From positions 1-64,000 of IMG/VR virus record IMGVR_UViG_3300044996_000496: 64,000 nt of DNA; one strand, 5' to 3'. Source of the DNA: a virus. The position numbers were made by a program, and so were the translations under genes. This document shows, one piece after another, positions 8,236-16,843 of this stretch. The notes under the pieces are model-generated. The model was not told where the DNA came from and made no database searches. It saw only the letters and a list, made by a program, of their open reading frames with translations. Positions within the stretch are counted from its first letter, which is position 1, and the number at the start of each line of letters is the position of its first letter.

Positions 8236-8539
8236 GTACAAGACGAGAGAATTTAGTAAGGAATTTCTGTTGAATGTTCTTTACGGTAATAACGATTCTG
8301 CCAAAAAAATATCTGATACAATTGTATCTCACGAAAGGTGGAGTGTAGGTTATAAACTTATTTTTAGTACAGTTGAAGATCCTATTCGTTATTATAGTGT
8401 TTTTTATTCTATTGGGGCCACGGAATCTCAAGATGAGTGTCCATTTGAATACGACAAAGATCCAATTTTGTGTTGTGAGGTTGTGCCAGTCAAAGAAGTG
8501 GTTACAGTATATAAGGAAGTACTAGAGGGTGATTCATGA
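8228..8539 (+). CDS. Phage hypothetical protein
   Basis: RWS...GATESQDE.PFEY pattern; GAGGAG RBS. Confidence 0.7.
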   Translation: MSEYKTREFSKEFLLNVLYGNNDSAKKISDTIVSHERWSVGYKLIFSTVEDPIRYYSVFYSIGATESQDECPFEYDKDPILCCEVVPVKEVVTVYKEVLEGDS

Positions 8540-8608
8540 TTTAGTTGAAACAGCAACCACTCTTAAGCCACTAGCCGTTATAAAAGGATAAAAAATTGGA
8601 GATAACTT

Positions 8609-8848
8609 ATGGAACAGCTTGAATGTAAGTATAGAATTGCCAAAAATGGAAATTTATATAGAATAGAAGAGTATAGGAGATCGCTTTTTGATTGGCGTAA
8701 AAAGTGGCGTGTGGTTTGGATTTCTGGGGTCGGTAGTATATTTCGTGATTTTTTTACAGTTTTAGGGTATTATGACAAGCTAGTAGCTCGATACGAGGAA
8801 AGACAACGCATATATAAAAAACATGGTGAGTGGAAAGAGATTGTATAG
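8609..8848 (+). CDS. Hypothetical protein
   Basis: 79 aa; GGAG RBS. Confidence 0.6.
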   Translation: MEQLECKYRIAKNGNLYRIEEYRRSLFDWRKKWRVVWISGVGSIFRDFFTVLGYYDKLVARYEERQRIYKKHGEWKEIV

Positions 8849-8915
8849 TAGGTAGTTTTGTTCTGCAACACAAGTCTTGTTTGCGGGCAGACGCATCAGG
8901 TAGGAGTGTAGATTT

Positions 8916-9182
8916 ATGAGATGGAGTAAGAGAATTAATCATGAAGAATATTCTAATGGGACTGTTCGTTGTCGTAGAATTTTTTTGTGGTTTCCGTTAT
9001 CGTTCGACAACATTCACTACAGGTGGCTTGAGTACGCTTGGGTAATAGAGAAATATAGTGGTCCGTTCAATTATATGAAATGTGCTTTGAGTCCAGGCAT
9101 CCGGTATGTTTGGATTAAAACCCAATTTCATGATGGTGGAATGGTTCCAAGTATTTTAACTGACAAAGGAAGCGAAGAATGA
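8916..9182 (+). CDS. Hypothetical protein
   Basis: FLWFP...RWLEYA pattern; AGGAG RBS. Confidence 0.65.
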   Translation: MRWSKRINHEEYSNGTVRCRRIFLWFPLSFDNIHYRWLEYAWVIEKYSGPFNYMKCALSPGIRYVWIKTQFHDGGMVPSILTDKGSEE

Positions 9183-9646
9183 TTCGTTATAATGTTTTAA
9201 CGGATTCAAAACTTGAAAAACTTGTTAAAATGGGAATAGATGCTAGAGCAGAACTTAGTAAACGTAAAGATATTTTCGTCTCTAGGGATGGTAAAAAAAG
9301 CGTTGGAAAGGCTTATGTATATTATAATTCTTCTAATTACGGCTATGAGCATACTATTGGAATATGGCCAATTTATTTCTATGTTCTTAATGCAGATGAA
9401 GAAGGTTTGATTTGCTTAAGGTTTGAAAACAATTTTGCACAATATGATGGAAAAATTAAATTTAGTGAAAGTTATTTTTCTATTAGAAAATATGATTTTA
9501 GTACATTTGGAGATACTGATTACAAAGAAATAACCAAAGAAGTATTTTTGAATGCTTGGGAAAAGTTTATAGAGCAATTAGGGAACGATAGAACAAAAAA
9601 ATCAAAACAAAAAAACACGTTGGAGGGGGATAGTGGAAAAATGTAA
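9179..9646 (+). CDS. Hypothetical protein
   Basis: 155-aa ORF; ATGA overlap. Confidence 0.65.
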   Translation: MIRYNVLTDSKLEKLVKMGIDARAELSKRKDIFVSRDGKKSVGKAYVYYNSSNYGYEHTIGIWPIYFYVLNADEEGLICLRFENNFAQYDGKIKFSESYFSIRKYDFSTFGDTDYKEITKEVFLNAWEKFIEQLGNDRTKKSKQKNTLEGDSGKM

Positions 9647-9905
9647 TGCTATTTTAGATATTGGATGGGGTACGTTAAATTGTGAATTGGAACATAATCA
9701 CGATGGTCCCCATAGAACAATGAGTCCAATCAATCATTGTGAATCCTTTATGTGGTATAAAAAATATGAGAAATGGGTCTATACCGTTGGATCAACGTGC
9801 CAATATTGCGGCAAAGAGTCAAAGAGCAGTGGATATATTAAAGTTTTTGAAAGTGATAATTATCCATTAACTATTGAGGAAAGTGTGAATGTTATTACAA
9901 AATGA
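9633..9905 (+). CDS. Hypothetical Cys/His-rich protein
   Basis: C...H.GPH motif; GGAGGGG RBS. Confidence 0.6.
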   Translation: MEKCNAILDIGWGTLNCELEHNHDGPHRTMSPINHCESFMWYKKYEKWVYTVGSTCQYCGKESKSSGYIKVFESDNYPLTIEESVNVITK

Positions 9906-10197
9906 TTGTTTAACTGTTTCATTTAAAGAAAATGATGATGCAGAGGTTGAGACTGCACATGTTATTGTTCACGGAGTGACGGCATCGTTGTTATTATTGC
10001 CAGCAAGAAATGATAAAGAATATCATAGTATTGTAATTGCCTGTGTTAAAAATAGAAATCGTCCAGCAGTCTATAGTCCAATTGAAACAGCTAGATTTAT
10101 TTCTTTTGATGAGACATGTTTTATTAGAAAAGAATTTAGTGATTTTCTTGACAGTGTTGTTAGCGCTGTTGTCGGAAAAGAGGTGGCCGTTAGTTAG
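9889..10197 (+). CDS. Hypothetical protein
   Basis: 102 aa; GAGGA RBS. Confidence 0.6.
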   Translation: MLLQNDCLTVSFKENDDAEVETAHVIVHGVTASLLLLPARNDKEYHSIVIACVKNRNRPAVYSPIETARFISFDETCFIRKEFSDFLDSVVSAVVGKEVAVS

Positions 10198-10257
10198 AAC
10201 AACAAGCTTGTATAACTATATGACAAAGTTGGTTTGGTTTTTATACAAAGGACATTT

Positions 10258-10635
10258 ATGTGGACAAGTAGCTACACAGAGGACAACGACAAGTTTCCAG
10301 AGGCAGCAGCAGTGGCCAGATTTTTTGATAAAAATCCAGTCAAGGCTCTTCAGTTTGTTATTAATGTTGTAAAAGTTATTATGGTCAGATATGGAACTAA
10401 TGTAGAAAGTATTGATGTGAAAGATTTGGCCGAAATATGTTCTGAACATAATATTATCATAGCTGGTAACGGAACTGATAGTTCAATAGTAGCTATTCCA
10501 GATCATGAGGAAACGGCACTGGTAATGTATAAAAACAATTTACAAAAAGGAAACAGCGTTCCGCATGATGCAACAAAAGAATTGTTAAAACATCTTATTG
10601 CAGAAAAGGAGAAAAGGTTAAATGAGGGTTATTAG
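10258..10635 (+). CDS. Hypothetical protein, paralogue of 5572..6054
   Basis: Shared AGNG.D.SI motif; ATG 10258 after AAGGA. Confidence 0.7.
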   Translation: MWTSSYTEDNDKFPEAAAVARFFDKNPVKALQFVINVVKVIMVRYGTNVESIDVKDLAEICSEHNIIIAGNGTDSSIVAIPDHEETALVMYKNNLQKGNSVPHDATKELLKHLIAEKEKRLNEGY

Positions 10636-11437
10636 TGTTATTTTTATTTTTTGTTTGATTGTTTTATCTGGTTGCGATAGAACATGTGAAATTAATGATT
10701 GTGTTATGTTTGATGAATATGCGCTCATTAACAATATGTGGGGAATTTATAGAATAGAGCCTGGAGCAATATATAAACAATGCATAATGCATAATGATTA
10801 TAATCTTCCGGTCGGATGGAGATGGAATTGCACATCAACAATAAATAATGTTAAAGGATTCCCTCAAATTTTGTATGGGAAGAATCCGTTTTCTGGTATA
10901 CAAACAAAATGCGCATTACCTATACAATTAAAAAATATAAAAAATTTACGAGTTGTGCTCAACCAAACCTCTAGTTCAAATGGAATTTATAATCTTGCAT
11001 TTGATATGTGGATATCCTCTTCTCCAGATGATTTAGTTGCCACTCTAACGCATGAAATTATGATATGGATAGATGGAAATATGTTTCCGATTGGAGTTGA
11101 CCAAGGCGCTTATTACACTGATTGTACTATTGATAACAATGAGTACTCTGTATATCGTATACCAAAAAACTCAAATGGGGATTTTCTTATAATTTTTATT
11201 TTAAGTGATCTTATATCTAAGGATAAATACTCGTACCCAAGCCCATATGTATCAAATGTAACGTTGTGGCCATTGGATCTCAATTCCTTCTTCAAGTTTT
11301 TATACTCTGAAAAAATGCTTTCTGATGATTTGTACTTGGATGCCGTAGAACTTGGGACTGAGATATGGTGGGGAAATGGTGGAATAAAGATAAATAAATA
11401 TGACGTTGTACTTATTGAAGATATTGGATTGCCGTAG
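10622..11437 (+). CDS. Glycoside hydrolase family 12 (endoglucanase-like) lipoprotein
   Basis: Lipobox LSGC; NNMWG, KGFPQI.YG, YNLAFDMW, HEIMIW (nucleophile Glu), YL..VELGTE (acid/base Glu). Confidence 0.8.
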   Translation: MRVISVIFIFCLIVLSGCDRTCEINDCVMFDEYALINNMWGIYRIEPGAIYKQCIMHNDYNLPVGWRWNCTSTINNVKGFPQILYGKNPFSGIQTKCALPIQLKNIKNLRVVLNQTSSSNGIYNLAFDMWISSSPDDLVATLTHEIMIWIDGNMFPIGVDQGAYYTDCTIDNNEYSVYRIPKNSNGDFLIIFILSDLISKDKYSYPSPYVSNVTLWPLDLNSFFKFLYSEKMLSDDLYLDAVELGTEIWWGNGGIKINKYDVVLIEDIGLP

Positions 11438-11461
11438 GCTGTCGCACAAATGGAGTAGCGT

Positions 11462-11923
11462 ATGGAAATTACTGCATTTGATATTGCGCAACGTTTCATC
11501 GGAATTAAAGAGATGGGCGGTAATATGAATAATCCGCAGATCATGGCCATGCTTCAGCTGGATAACGGTTGGCCAAAAAATGATGAGGTGCCATGGTGCT
11601 CTGCGTTTGTGAATTATATTTGCTGGCTGTTGAGGCTTCCTAGGTCGAAGAGCCTAGCGGCTAGGTCGTGGCTTGGCGTTGGACAAAAAGTAAGAACCCC
11701 AATTGATGCTGTGGCTGGATTTGACATTGTTGTTCTTAGCAGGGGGGGTGGCGAACAACCGGGGCCTGAGGTTCTAGATGCCCCTGGGCACGTTGGGTTT
11801 TTTGCCGGATATTCAGGGAGCAACAGCCGCATTATTGATGTTTTAGGCGGCAACCAGAATGACTCTGTTAATGTGTCCAAATTTGATACATCTAGAATTT
11901 TAGATATTAGAAGACTTGCCTAA
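11462..11923 (+). CDS. TIGR02594-family (NlpC/P60/CHAP-like) peptidoglycan hydrolase, possible endolysin
   Basis: DEVPWCSAFVN, SLAARSW, GHVGF and LGGNQ motifs. Confidence 0.85.
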   Translation: MEITAFDIAQRFIGIKEMGGNMNNPQIMAMLQLDNGWPKNDEVPWCSAFVNYICWLLRLPRSKSLAARSWLGVGQKVRTPIDAVAGFDIVVLSRGGGEQPGPEVLDAPGHVGFFAGYSGSNSRIIDVLGGNQNDSVNVSKFDTSRILDIRRLA

Positions 11924-11939
11924 AAAATAGTATATACTA

Positions 11940-11975
11940 AAAGGCCGGGGAGAAAACTCCCCGGCCTTTTATTTT
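11940..11975. terminator. Bidirectional intrinsic terminator
   Basis: AAAGGCCGGGGAG-AAAA-CTCCCCGGCCTTT hairpin with a T tract, between convergent genes. Confidence 0.85.
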
Positions 11976-11988
11976 TAGCTGCTCTACT

Positions 11989-12435
11989 CTACCACTTCAA
12001 ACCAACCGACAGGTTAGTTGGCGGCTGTCCGTCCGCGTTATCAGAGTAAAGCTGGAACACTTCGAATGTAGCTGGACCTATCTTTGTCCCAACACCTGCC
12101 AGCGTGCTCCAATCCCCAAGTAGCGAGGAGGAAAACACTGTTCTAGGGTTTCCAAAATCAATATCATCAGTTGGCTTATTGATTCCGGCTGCTGCATCGA
12201 CATGCAGATATAAATCAATTGCCCTAACCCCGAAATACGTATAAGATTCGTAGTTAATTTCATTCAAAAGAGTCGCATTACTCCCGTAATGTACAAAATT
12301 AAGCCAGTTGTCCTGATGGACTCTATAATCACCAACTGTAAACGATGCCGCTTCTGACTTGTTGCATGTAATCCAAAGCAAGAAAATCACAACAATTGCT
12401 GCAATAATAATCATTCCTACTGTTCTCTTGTTCAC
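11989..12435 (-). CDS. Exported protein, possibly a small outer-membrane beta-barrel
   Basis: N-terminal hydrophobic signal; C-terminus LSVGLKW resembles a beta-signal. Confidence 0.6.
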   Translation of the reverse strand: MNKRTVGMIIIAAIVVIFLLWITCNKSEAASFTVGDYRVHQDNWLNFVHYGSNATLLNEINYESYTYFGVRAIDLYLHVDAAAGINKPTDDIDFGNPRTVFSSSLLGDWSTLAGVGTKIGPATFEVFQLYSDNADGQPPTNLSVGLKW

Positions 12436-12684
12436 TTCATTTCCTTTCTTTAGTTAGTATTATTGTTTATTAATTCATAATTATTATCACATTTGTCACC
12501 TCCGTGGTTGCTGCGCTATGTGTTAAAATAATGCTGGCGCAGGTCTATAGAATAGTACACCTCAAGTATAGGGCAGGTTCCACAGACTTGGAACAGTTAA
12601 TTGGCTTTGGGGTGTAAAGTATGTTGTAAAATATGCTGCAAGGAGTTAATATACCATTGCAGGCCACTGCGAAAGGGGTAAAAT

Positions 12685-13074
12685 ATGGGCGAGGAAAACG
12701 GGGCGGCCAACAGTCACAGCAACGACGAGCAGGGCAAAGAGAAGCCAATTAAAGACTTAATGGTGGATCCTTCTGCGTTGTCAGAGGTGCATCCACTAGT
12801 ATCACAAATTTTAGTTATGTGCAATGGAAGTATTACGATTGCCATTTTGACATTATATCATATGGTTTTGACTTCACTAACGGATGCAGGATATGATAAT
12901 TTTTCTTTTGATAAGAAGAAAATGGAGAATGCATTTAAGAGAAGAGCAATAATGTATGTTGATAATGGCATATTAAATGTAAAATTCTTAGATAGTGCAA
13001 AAAAAATAATATTAGCTGGTGGCGGCACGAGTATTGACGATATTAAAAAAATACAAGCAAATTCTAGGGAGTGA
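12685..13074 (+). CDS. Hypothetical protein
   Basis: 129 aa; AAGGGG RBS. Confidence 0.65.
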   Translation: MGEENGAANSHSNDEQGKEKPIKDLMVDPSALSEVHPLVSQILVMCNGSITIAILTLYHMVLTSLTDAGYDNFSFDKKKMENAFKRRAIMYVDNGILNVKFLDSAKKIILAGGGTSIDDIKKIQANSRE

Positions 13075-13400
13075 ATAACTTGGGTAAATGGAAATTAGTT
13101 GCAGTAAGTCGTGACGAAGTTTTAGATATGTCAATTCTTGGAAAAATTTTGTCATCTATTTGGAAAACTTCTATGACTAATCCAAATGAAGGGTTCGTTA
13201 AAATTATCAGTATTGGGGTTAGTAGGAACATTGTCTCGTTCTGTTCGTGTGATTTTGACGGTAAGGCTTATGGACAAATATATACGCAAAATTTATCAGT
13301 GTTTTTGGATTGGCATTATTTATTAGTTAAAAACAGCAATGTTAGTCGAGATAATTCAATCATAACTGATAATGATGGATTTGCTACAGGGGATGCATAA
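13071..13400 (+). CDS. Hypothetical protein
   Basis: 109 aa; GTGA overlap. Confidence 0.6.
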   Translation: MNNLGKWKLVAVSRDEVLDMSILGKILSSIWKTSMTNPNEGFVKIISIGVSRNIVSFCSCDFDGKAYGQIYTQNLSVFLDWHYLLVKNSNVSRDNSIITDNDGFATGDA

Positions 13401-14038
13401 TGTCTAGCTTTAAAGTTAATGATACGATTCCAGATGTTTTAGACAAATATCTTAAAAACAGAAAGATAAAATACAGAAATATTTTAGTTGAATTTTATGA
13501 ACCATATGTTAGAAAGATTATATTTACTGTTACTAAATGTAATACACAATATAGTGATGATTTGTATGGCGCTGGATGTATAGCTCTAATTAGTGCCATA
13601 GAAAAATTTGATGATAATAAAGGAATGTCTTTAAAGTCTTGGATATTTATAAAAGTAAGAAATAAGATAATTGACGAAATAAGAGCAATAACAAAAAACA
13701 GAAAACAAGAAGAAAGAACATTTGTTGATATTAATCTTATTAGAAATTCGGAAATAGAAAACTTATACCTTATGGATATTAATACAATTAATAGAATTGA
13801 CGATATTGATAATATGATATCATATGATAGATTAGTTCATTTTGTTAATAATGCATTATTTCTAAGTGACAAGGAAAAGATATTGTTTAATCTTATATAT
13901 GTTAAAAAACTTAGTTACGGAGAAGCGGCAAAGAGGGTCGGGTATAAGAACGAAGGGTGCGCGTACACTGCCGTAAATTTAATAAGAAGAAAAATAAGAA
14001 AATCAATTAATTGTATCCCAATGGAGAATGCGGCATGA
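13400..14038 (+). CDS. Sigma-70 family RNA polymerase sigma factor
   Basis: Region 2 DDL..AG..AL..AIEKFD..KG.....W.....IIDEIR; region 4 LSDKEK...LSYGEAAKRVG. Confidence 0.85.
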   Translation: MSSFKVNDTIPDVLDKYLKNRKIKYRNILVEFYEPYVRKIIFTVTKCNTQYSDDLYGAGCIALISAIEKFDDNKGMSLKSWIFIKVRNKIIDEIRAITKNRKQEERTFVDINLIRNSEIENLYLMDINTINRIDDIDNMISYDRLVHFVNNALFLSDKEKILFNLIYVKKLSYGEAAKRVGYKNEGCAYTAVNLIRRKIRKSINCIPMENAA

Positions 14039-14406
14039 ACATTAAAATGCTTGGTGATTATGTAATGATAAAAAGAATTAATGTGTATAAAACTACGGGA
14101 GGTCTTCATCTTCCGAATGAGTGGGTTGACGAAAGGCCGAAGGGAATTGTTGTTGCAATAGGCCCAGGTAAATTTAATCGTGACGGTGATTTTATTTCAA
14201 CATCTGTACAAATTAATGATATAGTTGTTTTTCATAAATTTGATGGATCAATCATCGGAATAGACGGTCAAAAATACTATATACTACACGAACATGAAAT
14301 ATTGGTTATATTAGAAAATTATGAATACGAAAAAAACCATGATATACAAGATGATATATTAAATTCCACAGGTTTGGAGGTGAGCATGGATGGCAATTGC
14401 ATTTAA
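14035..14406 (+). CDS. groES: Co-chaperonin GroES with acidic C-terminal extension
   Basis: IKMLGDYVMIK, TTGGLHLP, GIVVAIGPG, YYILHEHEILVIL. Confidence 0.85.
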   Translation: MNIKMLGDYVMIKRINVYKTTGGLHLPNEWVDERPKGIVVAIGPGKFNRDGDFISTSVQINDIVVFHKFDGSIIGIDGQKYYILHEHEILVILENYEYEKNHDIQDDILNSTGLEVSMDGNCI

Positions 14407-14653
14407 AGTTCAGGATATATTTGAAATCATCGGACTTGTTATTAGAATTTGCGCCGAAAAGGGGGCAGAATTAATCAAGTTACCAGATAACGAGTCAAGA
14501 ACAGAGCGAATTATGGAATATATAGTTAATCCAATCGATAATTTATTTGATTTTCCGCCAATAATTGAAAATATTGACGACGATATCATAAAGATAGCTC
14601 TTAAACCAATAATTAAAAACTTTTTAGATGATTACGTCTGGAAAGTAGCCTAG
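14390..14653 (+). CDS. Hypothetical protein
   Basis: 87 aa; GGAGGTG RBS. Confidence 0.65.
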   Translation: MAIAFKVQDIFEIIGLVIRICAEKGAELIKLPDNESRTERIMEYIVNPIDNLFDFPPIIENIDDDIIKIALKPIIKNFLDDYVWKVA

Positions 14654-14678
14654 TACATTTGTGGAGGATAAAGCGCTG

Positions 14679-15062
14679 GTGAAAATATTCAGTGCCATAG
14701 TGTTAATTATTATGTTTTCTAGCGGTGTTTTTGCCGATATTAGAACTTTCTACTTTACCGAACCATTTGACAATAGTTATGGCCCGATAAATGGACCAGT
14801 TGCATCAATAATAGCGAAATGGTCATATACAAATCCCTCCACAATGTCAGATGGTATTTGGTGGAACAGTGCGAACTTAGTTGCTGGAATTATAACAAGA
14901 GCAGCGCCTGGGGGCACTAGTTTACTTAAGTGCTCGGCCTATCCGTCCTCGTACATTATGCTCATGGTTTGTGATGAGGCAAACAATTGTACGTATTCAA
15001 ATGGTTGCTATGTTTCACCAACTGTTTGCACTGTTCCACACTATCTCGGTAACACAAAATGA
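14679..15062 (+). CDS. Secreted Cys-containing hypothetical protein
   Basis: Signal peptide ending VFA|D; GGAGG RBS. Confidence 0.6.
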   Translation: MKIFSAIVLIIMFSSGVFADIRTFYFTEPFDNSYGPINGPVASIIAKWSYTNPSTMSDGIWWNSANLVAGIITRAAPGGTSLLKCSAYPSSYIMLMVCDEANNCTYSNGCYVSPTVCTVPHYLGNTK

Positions 15063-15397
15063 AAAAAATTGCAGTAGTTTTTACAAGAGGATTTGATGAC
15101 ACAGATCTTGTCGAATTTACTCTTAAACAGTATGTTCCCTTTGTGTTAATAACTCATCATGTAAAAAATTTCATTAATCCAGCAGTTGAGTTTGCTAACA
15201 AAAATCGCATGCCGTGTAAGATATGTTATGCATTTTCTGACAAGTATGGAAGAAGGGCGATGTCTGTCCGCAACAATAAAATTGTTAATGACTCTGATGA
15301 GATCGTTGCGTTTTGGGATGGGGAGTCCGAGGATGTTGATAAAATAGTAAAATTAGCTCAATTAAAAATGAAAAAGATATTTATAGTTGAGTATTAG
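15059..15397 (+). CDS. SLOG-family (YspA/DUF2493-like) protein
   Basis: KIAVVFTRGF.D, KYGRRA..VRN.KIV..SD..VAFWDGES. Confidence 0.75.
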   Translation: MKKIAVVFTRGFDDTDLVEFTLKQYVPFVLITHHVKNFINPAVEFANKNRMPCKICYAFSDKYGRRAMSVRNNKIVNDSDEIVAFWDGESEDVDKIVKLAQLKMKKIFIVEY

Positions 15398-15399
15398 GA

Positions 15400-15942
15400 G
15401 TGGTGATGCATTATAATGTATTTATTTTAGATGATAGAAATGATAGAATTGTTGAGTTTATGAATAGATTTAATGAAATTGATAGTAGATTGTTTACTAT
15501 ATTTCATGCAAATAGTTTATGTACTGCAAAATCGATTTTTCTTGGCCCAAATAGTTTTGACGGAGTGTTTGATATAGCGTTTCTTGATCACGATCTTACT
15601 GACACGCCGTACATGGATTGCAGTATGAAAGAAACCGGAAGTGAGTTTGTTAGATGGATTTTAATGAATGGTTTGATTAGTAAGCTATCTTCTGGTGGTG
15701 TTTTTATTCATTCGTTTAATTCTATTGGTGCTAATTACATGAGGGACTTATTGCTGGCGAATTATGTGTTTTCAACTGGTAATAGGTCAGTATTTTGTTT
15801 TCCGGCAATATGGGAGCGTAAAAATTTTCATATGACATTACATTTTGGAGAAGACTGTATTGATTTTTATAATCGTGATGTTTATTATAAGGGATTGTTG
15901 ACGCTATCTAATTTTCACTCTTCTTGTTTGAGTAGTCATTAG
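15400..15942 (+). CDS. Cyclic-phosphate-processing receiver-domain protein
   Basis: FILDD..R, FLDHDL, ETG.EFVRW and IHSFN..GA..M motifs. Confidence 0.7.
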   Translation: MVMHYNVFILDDRNDRIVEFMNRFNEIDSRLFTIFHANSLCTAKSIFLGPNSFDGVFDIAFLDHDLTDTPYMDCSMKETGSEFVRWILMNGLISKLSSGGVFIHSFNSIGANYMRDLLLANYVFSTGNRSVFCFPAIWERKNFHMTLHFGEDCIDFYNRDVYYKGLLTLSNFHSSCLSSH

Positions 15943-16102
15943 CATAAAATCCGGCTCCTTTTAATATCATGAGTCCACCCCACGATGGAACTCTTGACAA
16001 TTTTTCGCCGCATTTACAAAAATATTCTTTTACATCATTGATATTGTGTGAGATTTCTTGCTCAGATTCGCATTTGTTACATCTGTAGATGTAGGTTGGC
16101 AT
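15908..16102 (-). CDS. FmdB-family zinc-ribbon regulatory protein
   Basis: MPTYIYRCNKC...CKCG...LKGAGFYANDY. Confidence 0.85.
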   Translation of the reverse strand: MPTYIYRCNKCESEQEISHNINDVKEYFCKCGEKLSRVPSWGGLMILKGAGFYANDYSNKKSEN

Positions 16103-16644
16103 TTTGCATTTATCCTCATTTTTCTGCGTAATTTTTTTATAGCCTGCTGGTGGAGTGCGCGAATCCATTGTCCACTGCAATTTTTTTGTTTTGCTATTTC
16201 GTCAAATGATAATCCATCATAATATTTTAGTTTTACTATTTCTTTGAGTTGAGGATTTAGCTTTTCGATGGCTTCGCGAATTATGGTTGTATCATGTATA
16301 TCCATTGTATCGTTCGGTATTCCAAAAGTTAATTTATCCATGTCTATTTTGGTGCTCATTTCATCAATTGATATAATTATTGGTTTATATCTTTGTTTAT
16401 TTTTTTGATAGACTTTTCTTCCGTCTTTGTATTTAATGTATGCGTAAATTCTTTTTCTAATTTGAACCCATGCCCAATTTGTAAATGACCCCTTTGACTC
16501 ATCGTATGATCTGGACGCTTCCCACAATCCTATTTCAGATTCTTGCAATATGTCATCACTTTCATGCATTGTTCCAGTTCTTTTCATTATTCTGAATGCA
16601 TACATATGTGCTAATTTCTTATAATCTTTTATGTCTATTTCCAT
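16030..16644 (-). CDS. Sigma-70 family RNA polymerase sigma factor
   Basis: DDILQE..IGLWEA..SYDESKGSFTNWA; region 4 YYDGLSFDEIA...SGQWIR.LHQQAIKKLR. Confidence 0.85.
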   Translation of the reverse strand: MEIDIKDYKKLAHMYAFRIMKRTGTMHESDDILQESEIGLWEASRSYDESKGSFTNWAWVQIRKRIYAYIKYKDGRKVYQKNKQRYKPIIISIDEMSTKIDMDKLTFGIPNDTMDIHDTTIIREAIEKLNPQLKEIVKLKYYDGLSFDEIAKQKNCSGQWIRALHQQAIKKLRRKMRINAKCQPTSTDVTNANLSKKSHTISMM

Positions 16645-16843
16645 GTTGTACCGTTGCTCCTATTTTATCTTTGTGTTGTGTACAATTTGTGTTGTCTGTA
16701 CGCGAGCAGTTGGCTACACCTCAGGCAAGGGGCGACTGTGGTCTTACTTCTTATGCTGTTATACCCTACAGGGGCCAGAGTGGTTCCAGTTTATTTTGGA
16801 GGGTTTTGTGCAAACTGAAAGTCTTTTTAAGACAAATCAAAAA

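Noticed and set aside
16631-16843. 71-aa N-terminal extension of the DHH protein in the ORF track
   Set aside because: It overlaps the divergent intergenic region; family motifs begin only after ATG 16844.
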